Origin: Parcubacteria bacterium C7867-005
GTDB taxonomy: Bacteria > Patescibacteriota > Minisyncoccia > Phycocordibacterales > Zambryskibacteraceae
Length of the DNA: 64,000 nt
NCBI GenBank assembly: GCA_001189165.1
Contig: LFCO01000003.1
Location: 126,984 to 190,983, forward strand
Reading direction: 5' to 3'
Made by a program: the position numbers and the translations under genes. A model generated the notes under the pieces. The model saw only the letters and a program-made list of their open reading frames with translations, was not told the DNA's origin and did no database searches. Of this stretch, positions 9,880 through 20,211 are shown piece by piece. Every line of letters begins with the position of its first letter. Position 1 is the first letter of the stretch.

Positions 9880-10908
9880 TTATATCCCAGCTTCATTCAA
9901 AATTTCTCCAAACTTGAGCCTGAATGATTTGCTCGCAGACTGTAAATACTTACTACTATGATCAATTTTTAAGGTAACTTGTGATACTCCAGAACCACTA
10001 CCCTCTTGTCTAAAAGTAGCACTCGGGCCGACAAAGTTGTTGCCCGAAGAAACGTTGTTTATGAGCCACTTATAGCCTAGGTCCGATGCCAAGGATCTGG
10101 TGCCAAAATAATAAGGGGAAGCAGTAAAGGTAACTTCTTTATCTTTGAGTTCGAACTCACCGCTAACTTCTTTGTTGTAGAGGATCCCATAGAGTGGATG
10201 GTTTTCATACACGAGGACCTTTGGGGCTGTTCCCTTAAGAGTGATCTCTTTCTCTCCAACAATAGAGTTGTCTTCCGTCCTCACATTAACAGAAATCACC
10301 TCATCTCTAAGGTAGATAGAGTTTTCAAGACCAAAAGAACTTTTCCCATATCCAGAAGCCGTGCTTACAACCTGGCCATTTCTACTCCATCTATAGACAA
10401 GTGAAGTTCCTGGTATCTCTCTACCACCTCTGTCTATAAATTTAGTTAGAGCAAAGACAGTAACCTTGTTTTGATAACTGTATAGAGGCTTGCCTCTATA
10501 GAATGGAGGTACGTATGAATCACTTTGCCAGACGAGGTCGATTTCTGTTGGGATAATGTTAATTGTCTTCTTAAATCTATTTTTATTCGACGGTGTGATA
10601 AATACATCAACCTTATCTACATTACCGACGCCCCTAGTAGTAAATTCAAAAAACTTTAGACCAACCCCTTTTGTCATGGCTCTATTATTTAACACCCACT
10701 CAATGAGCGACGAATCTATGTCGAAAGAAGCGTCAGTCATTTCTAGTCTTGTTTCGGTGTTCCCCCCTGGGTACAAGGGCGTCACCTCAACTGTTGTGGT
10801 GTCCGCTTGATCGATGTTTATCCCCGAGAATTGGGCGTGAGAAAGTAACGGGGCCATGAACAGCCCAAGTCCTAGCAACAATATTTTTTTCTGTTTAGTG
10901 TCCAACAT
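9880..10908 (-). CDS. Secreted tandem Ig/PKD-like domain protein
   Basis: Signal peptide (LSHA/Q); repeated IEWVLNN, YRWSRNG, YKWLINN beta-sandwich motifs. Confidence 0.6.
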   Translation of the reverse strand: MLDTKQKKILLLGLGLFMAPLLSHAQFSGINIDQADTTTVEVTPLYPGGNTETRLEMTDASFDIDSSLIEWVLNNRAMTKGVGLKFFEFTTRGVGNVDKVDVFITPSNKNRFKKTINIIPTEIDLVWQSDSYVPPFYRGKPLYSYQNKVTVFALTKFIDRGGREIPGTSLVYRWSRNGQVVSTASGYGKSSFGLENSIYLRDEVISVNVRTEDNSIVGEKEITLKGTAPKVLVYENHPLYGILYNKEVSGEFELKDKEVTFTASPYYFGTRSLASDLGYKWLINNVSSGNNFVGPSATFRQEGSGSGVSQVTLKIDHSSKYLQSASKSFRLKFGEILNEAGI

Positions 10909-12511
10909 ATATAGACTTACAGGCTTTTTTATCTACAGGGTCCACAAACCTATCAAGATCTACCACAGAGATATGAGCTTCTTTTGTGCCGGGGAAATAC
11001 CTCTCATCGTCTTCGACGTACTGCCTGGTTATTGTCACCTGAGTGATGCCAGTGACCGGGTCTCTCTCGAATGTTTGGTTGAACGCATTGTATCTTGGCC
11101 AAACACCTATACTTGTCCTTGGTAACTGGCTTTCCGTACCACCCCATAGTGCATTTACCATAATCTCTGCCCCATCTACTCTTACAGGGAATAATTCGAA
11201 TTCTCCTGAGCCGCCGCTGATATTTGCTATCCATTTAACGTCTTCATTGCGTTTGTATCTTGGGAATTCGGCGTAGCATTCTACGACAAGAGGTGGGAAT
11301 TTTGACACAGTCACCGAAGGGTCACATATAACAGTAGAGGTTTCGGGTACTCCGGGTATGATTGTTTCTAATCCACTCTCGTCTACGGAGATGATGTTTC
11401 TGGTTCTGGTTACTCTCACTCTCGCGTCTTTTACTCCTTCGGTTGTATATATAATCTCTGCAGTATTCTGTGTACCAGAAAGTCCTCCAGCACCAGACCA
11501 TTCGTAGCTTATAGAGTCCTCTGGGTTGAATCCGATCACCTGAGCAGACCACTTGACTGGATTAAGGACGAGAGTGTTACTTACATCAGCACTACAGGTT
11601 ATAGGACTTGCTGTTGCGCCTGCAGATTGATTACCAGACTGATTTCCCGCTGGAGACCTACCAGCCCCAGCAAGGTTTTTCAAAGTTTTTTGAGCAAGTA
11701 GACCGATGCCAGCACTTACTATCTCATCAAACTCATCCGCGAGTTCTAGTTGTCTAAAACCCGTACCGACGACATCAGTAAGCTGCTCATTGATAAACGA
11801 TCCAGGGGTCTTTATATTTCCCTTCGCATCTTTAATAGAAATAAACCCCCTACCCCAATCTGCGAGCATTTTTTCTATACCTAATTTTTTCTGGACTTCT
11901 TTGTCTATACTGTTTGTCAGCTGGATAAGATTACCATCAGGGTTGTTGGCATCATTTTGTGTCATGCTAAGCCATCCTTGCCACCCGCCTTGATTAAAAT
12001 CATCGAGGAATCCTTCAAGGTTGTTTGTTACCCCCATGAAAGTACACTGCGGGTTATAGTTCACACCATCCTTACCGTTATCTGTTAGATACTTTCTCGC
12101 CAAGTTAACTTTCACTTGAACACGAAACGGAGCACAGAGTCCATTGAGCTCAGTGTCGTTTATGATATTCCCAGCGATAACATCTCCAGCATCTTTAAAA
12201 TATTGTTCTAGGTTTGTGATGAATTTTGGCTGTCCGTCCGTGCCACCACTTATCCAAGCTACAATGTCATTTGTTGCCATTCTTAGTAAGATCTTCAAAG
12301 AGAGGGTGCCCAATGCATCCCAGCTTGTGCCGGGTATTGGTATTCCGAAAAATGGGATTTGCGAAACCTCTTTTTTTGTTTGAGGCACGTTGTTAACAGG
12401 TATTTGCAGTAGAGTACCCTGCGCCATGACTAACTTGGGAGTCATCAAAATAGGGCCGAGGAATGAGGCGATGAGTATAGCAGAGATTAATTTTTTGTTT
12501 GTAGATTTCAT
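10895..12511 (-). CDS. Secreted protein of the T4SS-like cluster with C-terminal PKD-like domains
   Basis: Signal peptide; helical N-half (WISGG..PKFI, GGWQGW); YEWSG..YTTEG PKD-like repeat. Confidence 0.6.
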   Translation of the reverse strand: MKSTNKKLISAILIASFLGPILMTPKLVMAQGTLLQIPVNNVPQTKKEVSQIPFFGIPIPGTSWDALGTLSLKILLRMATNDIVAWISGGTDGQPKFITNLEQYFKDAGDVIAGNIINDTELNGLCAPFRVQVKVNLARKYLTDNGKDGVNYNPQCTFMGVTNNLEGFLDDFNQGGWQGWLSMTQNDANNPDGNLIQLTNSIDKEVQKKLGIEKMLADWGRGFISIKDAKGNIKTPGSFINEQLTDVVGTGFRQLELADEFDEIVSAGIGLLAQKTLKNLAGAGRSPAGNQSGNQSAGATASPITCSADVSNTLVLNPVKWSAQVIGFNPEDSISYEWSGAGGLSGTQNTAEIIYTTEGVKDARVRVTRTRNIISVDESGLETIIPGVPETSTVICDPSVTVSKFPPLVVECYAEFPRYKRNEDVKWIANISGGSGEFELFPVRVDGAEIMVNALWGGTESQLPRTSIGVWPRYNAFNQTFERDPVTGITQVTITRQYVEDDERYFPGTKEAHISVVDLDRFVDPVDKKACKSIYVGH

Positions 12512-13335
12512 GTACCTTGCCAGAATAATCTAGCCTCTGTGTTTGCGAAAATTATACCATTTGCATTGAAGTAAGTCAGAAAGTTAGAGAGGATTTCTGA
12601 CTCTCTACTACCGATTTCTGATTGGGCTTGAAAGGCGAGCATGGCTTTTAGAGGGTCAGTGCCTATGAAGGACATATCGTTTGTGTTGTTTGCTGAGTCA
12701 ACATAAACATTTATTAGATTAAGATGATTGACCACAGCACCTCTAGGTGCGCTTAGGTTTTTTAACTCCTTGGCGAAATTTAAATACAGACCTGAAATAT
12801 TTTTGAATTTGTTTTGAAGCTCTTCGCTTTCTATGTTGTCTGCATTTATGTACTCGATAGGGTTCTTAAGGTACTCATCGGTGTATCTTTTTTTGATAAG
12901 AGCTACATTGGTTGCATACGCGATAATCAGGTCAGTGTTTGAATCTTCGAAAGTGACTATATCCTTAGTTGAAAAATACGGTATTTTTTTCTGTGCCTCT
13001 ATGTTCTCTACCGTAGCCTCAGCAACAGCATCTATCCCCTCTTGGCTGATTGAACCATTTTCTTTGAGAGTCAGATAGCCCGAAAATAATCTCCTGCCGA
13101 ATTTTTGAGTCTCAGTTTCTCCTAGATTTATAACAGCATCTTCTGCGTTTGCCTCAGCTTCATTCAGAATCTCCTCTTCTGTGGGCATACGATCGATGTT
13201 GTTTAGGTAGTTTTGTCCGTCTACTATAGATAACTTCGCCTCATTTTTTTTGAAATAAGCAGATAAGGAAGACCCCCCAATGAACAAAAGGGCCAACATG
13301 ATCGAGATAATGATTGAAGGAGAAGGTTTTTTCAA
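12508..13335 (-). CDS. Membrane-anchored helical hypothetical protein
   Basis: N-terminal TM; 4-nt overlap with next gene; TTG start uncertain. Confidence 0.6.
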   Translation of the reverse strand: MKKPSPSIIISIMLALLFIGGSSLSAYFKKNEAKLSIVDGQNYLNNIDRMPTEEEILNEAEANAEDAVINLGETETQKFGRRLFSGYLTLKENGSISQEGIDAVAEATVENIEAQKKIPYFSTKDIVTFEDSNTDLIIAYATNVALIKKRYTDEYLKNPIEYINADNIESEELQNKFKNISGLYLNFAKELKNLSAPRGAVVNHLNLINVYVDSANNTNDMSFIGTDPLKAMLAFQAQSEIGSRESEILSNFLTYFNANGIIFANTEARLFWQGT

Positions 13336-13408
13336 TGGATTACTCGCTTTATTGTACCAAATAGAGAGCGCCCGAGGAATCTGTTTAAACTAGAGATATA
13401 CTAAGAGC

Positions 13409-14362
13409 ATGAGATTCATCATTTTTCTATTTTTTCTGTCTATACCGATATCTTTTTCTAACGCACAGTCAGGAGACATCTTTATTCAGAGCGATCTTTC
13501 TCTGGGCTCTGTCGGTGAAGATGTTAGACTCTTGCAAATTGCTTTAAACAAAGACGACCGGACCAGGGTTTCATCGACTGGACCAGGTTCGAGGGGAGAA
13601 GAGACCAATTTTTTTGGCCCTAAAACTGAGAGAGCCGTCATCCTTTTTCAAGAACTTCACAAGGAGGCTATTCTCAGCCCACTCAAACTAAGCGCCGGAA
13701 CAGGTTTTGTCGGCGAAAATACCAGAAAAATCCTTAATACAACCACCCCAATACTGACCGAGTTAGAAAAAAGTGAGGAAATGCCAGTCCTATTCATTAA
13801 ACAGGCTCCTTTTCTCTACAACATTAACCCATATCAGCTTAAACCCGGTGATGTAGCCACTATTTCTGGTAGAGGCTTTTTGTCTTCAGGAAATGAGGTT
13901 TTTTTAGGTAGTAAATCTCTGGGTGAGTATTCTAGCAACGGAACGTCCATAAGCGTCCAGATACCAGAAAACACGCCCTATGGGTCTCATAAAATAAGAG
14001 TAAAAAACAGAAATGGTGAGACAGAAGACAGCCAAACAAGCATTGGTGCCTTGGTTGTAGAAAACCCTAGTGCCCCACCAAAAATAGTAAAAACGGAACC
14101 AGAATCTCTCTTGAACGAGCCTGAAATAGTATTATTTGGTGAAAATTTTGCTGAACTTAACGATGTTTATTCGAGTGTGGGTGAAATCCTGGGCCTGACC
14201 ATAAGCCAGGGCAGCACAGTCAGGATTCCCCTATCGATGCTTACTCGGCTCGATGACCTCAAAAAGGATATTAAGCTGGATGGTTTTGAGTTTCCAATTT
14301 ACTTCTTTGTTAAAAACGAAAACGGGATAAGTGAGCCATTCATGGTCTTAATAAAGTTATAA
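13409..14362 (+). CDS. Secreted peptidoglycan-binding plus IPT/TIG domain protein
   Basis: LSLGSVGEDVRLLQIALN...FFGPKTERAVILFQ (PG_binding_1); PGDVATISGRGF (IPT). Confidence 0.8.
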   Translation: MRFIIFLFFLSIPISFSNAQSGDIFIQSDLSLGSVGEDVRLLQIALNKDDRTRVSSTGPGSRGEETNFFGPKTERAVILFQELHKEAILSPLKLSAGTGFVGENTRKILNTTTPILTELEKSEEMPVLFIKQAPFLYNINPYQLKPGDVATISGRGFLSSGNEVFLGSKSLGEYSSNGTSISVQIPENTPYGSHKIRVKNRNGETEDSQTSIGALVVENPSAPPKIVKTEPESLLNEPEIVLFGENFAELNDVYSSVGEILGLTISQGSTVRIPLSMLTRLDDLKKDIKLDGFEFPIYFFVKNENGISEPFMVLIKL

Positions 14363-14369
14363 TAGTCGT

Positions 14370-14726
14370 ATGAAATTCTTTTCTTTTATACTTATCACTT
14401 CTTTGTTTTTTATCCCTTCCATATCTTTCGCTCTGGGCTTACCGTTTGGGGGTCGAGTAGCGGTGACTGTACCGTGTACGTGTTCTTTGCCTGGGACTTT
14501 GCATATATCTTTTGCTCCTTTGTATTTGTCTGCTGTACCAATCGTTGGTTCCGTTGTTTATTCACCGACAACGATTCTGTATCAATACTTTGCTATAGGT
14601 GTACCTACTACATGGGAGCTTGGTGAATATTTACCTGGAGTTCAAGAATGTTTTATTTATGTTGGCGTGGCTTGTGTACCACTTCCCTCTGTCGGAGTTA
14701 TGACTAGAGTTGGTACTAGTCTTTAG
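14370..14726 (+). CDS. Small secreted Cys-containing protein
   Basis: Signal peptide; PFGGRV..PCTCS plus two further Cys. Confidence 0.7.
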   Translation: MKFFSFILITSLFFIPSISFALGLPFGGRVAVTVPCTCSLPGTLHISFAPLYLSAVPIVGSVVYSPTTILYQYFAIGVPTTWELGEYLPGVQECFIYVGVACVPLPSVGVMTRVGTSL

Positions 14727-15508
14727 ATTCCCGCTACAATTTTTTTCCACATACCCATAGGAACATCTTCCGCTCGGGTGTTATCATCTATCTCCAGTTT
14801 TTCAAAGACAGATTTAATTTTTTCTTTATTTACTAAAGTACTCAGGTTCGAAGAGAGTTTTTTACGTTTTGATTTAAAACCAGCGTGAAGGATGTCAAAA
14901 AATTTTTCTTCATTAAATTCGGCAAAGAAATTTTTAGAAATATTTTGAACGGACAACACTGCGGAATCAACACTTGGCACAGGGAAAAATGATCCGGCTT
15001 TGACAGTTTTAATATAAACTGGTTCGCCATAGGCTTTGACTGAAAGAGACAGGACGCTTTCTTTTTGGTTTTTGGCTACGATACGTTCGGCGACTTCTTT
15101 TTGAACCATAAGAACCATCTGTTTTGGTTGGAAAGATGAACTTAAAAATTGGCGGATGATTTGTCCAGTGATGTTATAAGGTATATTCGCTATCAGTTTG
15201 TAATCCAGGACTTCAAATCTGCTGGCATCAAATTCTAAGATGTCACCGTGGATAAGGTCGAGTTTGTTCATCTTAATTTCTTTCTTGAAACTTTCCTTTA
15301 AGAGTTCGAACAGGTCATCGTCTTTCTCCACAGCCACCACTTTTTCTGCGATCCTTAAAAGTTTTTTAGTAAGCATTCCTTTACCTGGTCCGATTTCTAA
15401 TACGGTATCATCGCTAATGACATCTCCTGCATCTATGATTAAATCCACGACGCTCTCCGCTGTTAAGAAATTTTGACCCAGTGATTTTTTTGGATACATG
15501 TTAGTCAA
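14723..15508 (-). CDS. rsmA: 16S rRNA dimethyladenosine transferase KsgA
   Basis: KKSLGQNFL, VLEIGPGKG, ANIPYNIT. Confidence 0.96.
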   Translation of the reverse strand: MTNMYPKKSLGQNFLTAESVVDLIIDAGDVISDDTVLEIGPGKGMLTKKLLRIAEKVVAVEKDDDLFELLKESFKKEIKMNKLDLIHGDILEFDASRFEVLDYKLIANIPYNITGQIIRQFLSSSFQPKQMVLMVQKEVAERIVAKNQKESVLSLSVKAYGEPVYIKTVKAGSFFPVPSVDSAVLSVQNISKNFFAEFNEEKFFDILHAGFKSKRKKLSSNLSTLVNKEKIKSVFEKLEIDDNTRAEDVPMGMWKKIVAGI

Positions 15509-17465
15509 ATGGTATTTCTAATAATGGCTTTTTCTTCCAGGCGTTGTCAGTGTCAAATGTAACCTCCTCAGTTAGTTCTTCGGGTATATCAAAAATGAAT
15601 TCAGACGGGATGTTCACCTCTCTTTGCCCAAAGATCATGCGAACCTGAGCATATGAGAGGAAAATCTTATTTCTAGCTCTAGTTATGGCCACGTAGAACA
15701 ATCTGCGTTCCTCCTCGGCTTCTCCTTTGGAGATATTTTCTTTGGTTATCTTTTGGTGTGGGAACAAACCGTCTTCCAGTCCAGAGACAAATACCACATC
15801 GAACTCCAAACCCTTGGAGGCGTGAACTGTCATAAGCTTAACTCCGATTTTTTTGTCACTCAATTCGTCTTGATCACTTTGTAGAGCTGAATCAGATAAA
15901 AGTTGCTCTACTCCATCGAGTGGAGAAAGTTCGTCATATCTTTCTGATACAGCTGCCAGCTCGTATGCATTTTCCAGCCTCTCAAGGTCCTCTCCCTTGT
16001 TTTCTTTCCACAAGGTTTCAAGTCCAGATTCTCTTATGATGAATTGGATAGTTTTAGACGGTGGGTTTTTTTCTGCAAATTTTTTAATTTCCCCAAGTAG
16101 TTCATAAAATTGATCTATTTTTTTCTTTGTCGCGGTTGGTAAATTTTCTTGCAATCCAGTAAAAAGTTTTACAACGGTCGTTTTCCCTATACCTCTCGCG
16201 GGGATGTTTATAACTCTCTTTATATCCGACAGGCATTCTGGATTAAGTGATGCTCGCAAATAAGAAAGTATGTCTTTTATTTCTTTTCTCTCAAAAAATC
16301 GAGTACCTATCATCTGGTAAGGTAATCTGTGCTGCATAAATGCTTCTTCGAGTATTCGAGATTGAAAATTTGCTCTGTATAGGACGGCAATATTCTCCGG
16401 TTTTAGTCCTGACTTGATCAGGGCTTCGGTCTTTGTGGCTATGAACTCTGCCTCACTAGATTCATCGAAACCTTGAAAGATGCCAATCTTATCCCCCAAT
16501 GAGTTTGAGGTGAACAATGTTTTTTTGCGGCGAACTGTATTTTTTTCTATCACTGCATTTGCGGCATCGAGTATAGTTTTTGTCGAGCGATAGTTTTCTT
16601 CGAGCAAAATGATTTTTGCTCCAGGGTAATCATTTTCAAAATCTAAGATATTTTTTATGTCCGCCCCTCTCCAAGAATAAATATTTTGATCTATGTCACC
16701 GACCACGCAGATATTTTTCTCTGACCCTATTAATAATTTGGATATTTCATACTGAACGCCGTTGGTGTCTTGGTATTCATCTATGTGTACGTATTTCCAA
16801 ATATTCTGGTAGTGTTTTCTGACTTCAGTATTTGTTTTAAGTAACTTTGCTGTTTTTAGCAATAAGTCGTCAAAGTCCAACGCACTGTCTCTCCTTAGGA
16901 TTTTCTCGTATTCAGCCCAAACTGACTCGACAATATCAGAAAAGAATCCTTTATCGGATCTATCTTTGTAGTCTAATTCTGTTACCCCCCTACCCTTTTC
17001 TTTGGAGATAATACTCACGATTCTCGCGGGGTCATGAGTCTTGGGGTCCAGATTGTTTTTTTCAAGAGCTTCTTTCACTGCTCTTTTAGAATCATCTTTA
17101 TCAAAAATGGTGAAATGTCTATTTAGCCCCAATCTGGATGCATTTTCTTTTATGATATGAACCCCAAGAGCATGAAAGGTAGAGACAAATGGTCTCTCTG
17201 ACATCGATACTGGTCTATTCAGGCTCATATCTTCGCCCAGCATTCTATCCACCCTTTCCCTCATCTCTTTGGCAGCCTTGTTGGTGAAGGTGATGGCCAA
17301 TATAGAGGAAGGGGTAACACCTTGTCTTACTAGATGCCTAATCCTCTCTGCGATGGTTTTTGTTTTGCCCGCTCCAGCCCCAGCAAGGACCAATAGAGGT
17401 CCTTCTGTGGTGATCACAGCCTCTTTTTGTTTCTCGTTTAGGCCTTCTAATGAGCTTTTCTGCAT
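15501..17465 (-). CDS. pcrA: PcrA/UvrD SF1 DNA helicase
   Basis: AGAGAGKT, TFTNKAA, DEYQD, GDIDQNIYSWRGA, TVHASKGLEF, EERRLFYVAITRA. Start set at ATG 17465. Confidence 0.95.
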   Translation of the reverse strand: MQKSSLEGLNEKQKEAVITTEGPLLVLAGAGAGKTKTIAERIRHLVRQGVTPSSILAITFTNKAAKEMRERVDRMLGEDMSLNRPVSMSERPFVSTFHALGVHIIKENASRLGLNRHFTIFDKDDSKRAVKEALEKNNLDPKTHDPARIVSIISKEKGRGVTELDYKDRSDKGFFSDIVESVWAEYEKILRRDSALDFDDLLLKTAKLLKTNTEVRKHYQNIWKYVHIDEYQDTNGVQYEISKLLIGSEKNICVVGDIDQNIYSWRGADIKNILDFENDYPGAKIILLEENYRSTKTILDAANAVIEKNTVRRKKTLFTSNSLGDKIGIFQGFDESSEAEFIATKTEALIKSGLKPENIAVLYRANFQSRILEEAFMQHRLPYQMIGTRFFERKEIKDILSYLRASLNPECLSDIKRVINIPARGIGKTTVVKLFTGLQENLPTATKKKIDQFYELLGEIKKFAEKNPPSKTIQFIIRESGLETLWKENKGEDLERLENAYELAAVSERYDELSPLDGVEQLLSDSALQSDQDELSDKKIGVKLMTVHASKGLEFDVVFVSGLEDGLFPHQKITKENISKGEAEEERRLFYVAITRARNKIFLSYAQVRMIFGQREVNIPSEFIFDIPEELTEEVTFDTDNAWKKKPLLEIPFD

Positions 17466-17499
17466 AGATCTCGACACTATAACATAGTGGGCTTGTCCA

Positions 17500-17529
17500 T
17501 TGACCCACCGGTCCCCTTGGGGGTACAAT
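17500..17529 (+). promoter_or_regulatory. Sigma70-type promoter of the LysM-M23 gene
   Basis: TTGACC-N18-TACAAT. Confidence 0.6.
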
Positions 17530-17723
17530 TAAGGCTTCCCAGTACAGATTTGACCTTGGGCGATGCCCCTATACAGAGCGAAAGCAAGACAGATTGAACA
17601 GTTTAACCCAATTGTATTTCTATAAAAAAAGGTCGAAAAAGCTTTGCTAGATATAGCTTTTTTACCAAAAGAGTTTCAAATAGTGTTCAGATTCCCCAAA
17701 AGATTGTCATCCTAGGGGTATTC

Positions 17724-18668
17724 TTGTTTGTATTTTTGCCTGGTTTGGCTTTCGCTAGAACCCAAGGAATAAAGTTTGTCAGAACCCCGATTGTTATCGA
17801 TGAGAAGAATTCTCAAAACATGGCTTTACTTGAAGGGCATTTTAACCCCAGCTCTTTCAATATCGAATCCCCTCACCTCGCTATCGTGGATGGAAGTGCC
17901 CTTTCTTACGAAGGTGATCAAGGTGAAGCTTTTGCTGATGCTGGTAAATCAGGGGGTGGTCAAATTTCTGTGTATATAGTGAGGAAAGGAGACAGTCTGC
18001 CCATTATCGCCAAGATGTTTGGCGTATCTACTAACACCATTGTCTGGGCAAATGATCTAAGAGGTACAAAGATTGTGGAGGGTCAGGAGCTTGTTATTTT
18101 GCCTATTTCTGGGGTAAGGCATACCGTTAAAAAAGGTGATACTCTGAAATCCATCGCCTCCAAGTACAAGGCTGACATGGAAGACATTCTTGCCTTTAAC
18201 GACGTTACTTTAGACAGTAAACTCTCGATTGGTGACATTATCATCGTCCCTGACGGAGAGATAACGTATTCTTCGGGTTCATCTACTTCAGTAAGACCAT
18301 CTTCATCAAGCCTCCCTGCTTACTCTGGGTATTATATGAGACCTATCAGTGGTGGACGAAAATCTCAAGGTATTCACGGGCATAACGGAGTTGATCTTGT
18401 TGCCCCTCTTGGTTCACCAGTCTACGCGGCTGCCGATGGTAAGGTTATAGTCGCTCGAATAGGGGGATATAACGGAGGCTATGGTAGTTATGTGGTCGTC
18501 TCACACGGTAACGGTACACAGACTCTGTATGCTCACTTGAGCTCCGTGTCGGTCGCTGTTGGACAAAGTGTAGATCAAGGTCAGGTTATCGGAGGACTCG
18601 GAAACAGTGGTAAATCTACCGGCGCCCACCTCCACTTCGAAGTTCGCGGCGCGAAGAATCCGTTTTAA
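17724..18668 (+). CDS. 2x LysM plus M23 metallopeptidase (cell-wall hydrolase)
   Basis: YIVRKGDSL and HTVKKGDTL LysM repeats; HNGVD, YAHL, HLHFEV. Start uncertain. Confidence 0.92.
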   Translation: MFVFLPGLAFARTQGIKFVRTPIVIDEKNSQNMALLEGHFNPSSFNIESPHLAIVDGSALSYEGDQGEAFADAGKSGGGQISVYIVRKGDSLPIIAKMFGVSTNTIVWANDLRGTKIVEGQELVILPISGVRHTVKKGDTLKSIASKYKADMEDILAFNDVTLDSKLSIGDIIIVPDGEITYSSGSSTSVRPSSSSLPAYSGYYMRPISGGRKSQGIHGHNGVDLVAPLGSPVYAAADGKVIVARIGGYNGGYGSYVVVSHGNGTQTLYAHLSSVSVAVGQSVDQGQVIGGLGNSGKSTGAHLHFEVRGAKNPF

Positions 18669-20203
18669 ACGTCGAATTTTTTGGGGCGGTACTCTACTGC
18701 TTCCAGAATATGATCTCGAGTAATTTCTTTGGAATTATCTAGGTCTGCTATGGTTCGAGCGACTTTTAACATACGGTGATAAACACGCGGAGAAAAACCG
18801 AGACGTTCGGCAGCGAGGTTTAATGCGGATCTGGGTTCATCCTCGAGTACAACAAAATTTACCAGATCCCTGGCACTCATTTCAGAATTTCTTGTAAGTC
18901 TTGTTTTACTTTCGATATTTTTTTGGTTAAAACGTGCCCGTTGAATATTGCGCGCATCTTCTACCTTATTTCTAAAAAACATACTCTTTGCTCCCTCTTC
19001 TATCCCGGAGAGTTGTCCAGGAGAAACGCGATCAACTTCAAGCCAAATATCTATACGATCGATTATTGGTCCACTCATCTTTCTTCTGTATCTAGATAAA
19101 GAAGTCGGAGTGCAAATACACGGCTTGCCTTTAAATCCATAATTACCGCATGGGCATGGATTCATCGCAGCGACGAGCATCACATCTGCGGGGAAATGTG
19201 CAGTGCCTTTGGCACGTGCGACAGAAATAACCTTGTCTTCAAGTGGTTGGCGCAAGCTTTCTATAACCCTTCTCTCAAACTCCGGGAACTCATCCATAAA
19301 AAGGACTCCTCGATGTGCGAGAGTTATCTCTCCTGGTTTGGGGGTAGTACCGCCACCGACAAGTGATACATAAGAAGATGTATGGTGGGGAGAACGAAAT
19401 GGTGGTTCGGTTATAAATCCAGAGAGTACTCCAGCCACAGAGTGAATACTCGTAGCCTCTAGCGCTTCCTCAAAAGATAATGGAGGCAGAATGCCGGTGA
19501 AAGCTTTGGCGAGCATGGTTTTCCCTGTGCCCGGTGGTCCATACATGGCTACGTTGTGCCCACCAGCTGCGGCTATAAGTAAACCGCGCTTGGCTCTTTC
19601 CTGTCCTCGGATATCAGAGAAATCAGTTTTGTTTTCTTTGGACTCCCGGGTAAGTTTTGTTTTCTCTGCTTTCGGAATTCTGTCTTCACCAGAAAGATGT
19701 TTTAAAATTTGTTTCAATGAATCGGCCCCGAAGACTTCTATCTCATCAATAATTGCTGCTTCCTCCACATTTTCTTTCGGTACATAAAATTCTTTATACC
19801 CGCGCTCTTTGGCAAATCGGGCGATTGGTAGAATACCCTTGATGGGTCTAATCTGTCCATCAAGTGATAGTTCTCCTAAGAATATTTTTCCCTCCGGATC
19901 AAAATCAATTTCTTCTGATGCAAGAAGATATGAGAGAGCTATAGCCACATCAAAAGAGGGACCTTCCTTTTTCTCTGATGCAGGCGCAAGAGAAATGACA
20001 ACTTTTTGGTTCTTTGTTTTTGGAGAACCCAGTCCTGAATTTTTTATTGCAGCGCTGACCCTGTCTCGAGCTTCTTCTACCGCCTTATCAGGAAGACCGA
20101 CAATAGCAAAAGCATATAAACCACGAGAGATGTCTGTCTCGACTGAAATTGTGCTAACAGTAAGAGCTTGAGTCTGGGCACTATAGACTTTGGAGAAGCT
20201 CAT
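18665..20203 (-). CDS. comM: ComM/YifB Mg-chelatase-like AAA+ protein
   Basis: IVGLPDKAVEEARDRV, GPPGTGKT, PFRSPHH, LFMDEFPEF, NPCPCG. Confidence 0.93.
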   Translation of the reverse strand: MSFSKVYSAQTQALTVSTISVETDISRGLYAFAIVGLPDKAVEEARDRVSAAIKNSGLGSPKTKNQKVVISLAPASEKKEGPSFDVAIALSYLLASEEIDFDPEGKIFLGELSLDGQIRPIKGILPIARFAKERGYKEFYVPKENVEEAAIIDEIEVFGADSLKQILKHLSGEDRIPKAEKTKLTRESKENKTDFSDIRGQERAKRGLLIAAAGGHNVAMYGPPGTGKTMLAKAFTGILPPLSFEEALEATSIHSVAGVLSGFITEPPFRSPHHTSSYVSLVGGGTTPKPGEITLAHRGVLFMDEFPEFERRVIESLRQPLEDKVISVARAKGTAHFPADVMLVAAMNPCPCGNYGFKGKPCICTPTSLSRYRRKMSGPIIDRIDIWLEVDRVSPGQLSGIEEGAKSMFFRNKVEDARNIQRARFNQKNIESKTRLTRNSEMSARDLVNFVVLEDEPRSALNLAAERLGFSPRVYHRMLKVARTIADLDNSKEITRDHILEAVEYRPKKFDV

Positions 20204-20211
20204 AGCAACCC

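Noticed and set aside
17466-17528. ORF-track N-terminal extension of pcrA
   Set aside because: Overlaps the divergent promoter; helicase similarity starts at MQKSSLEGLN.
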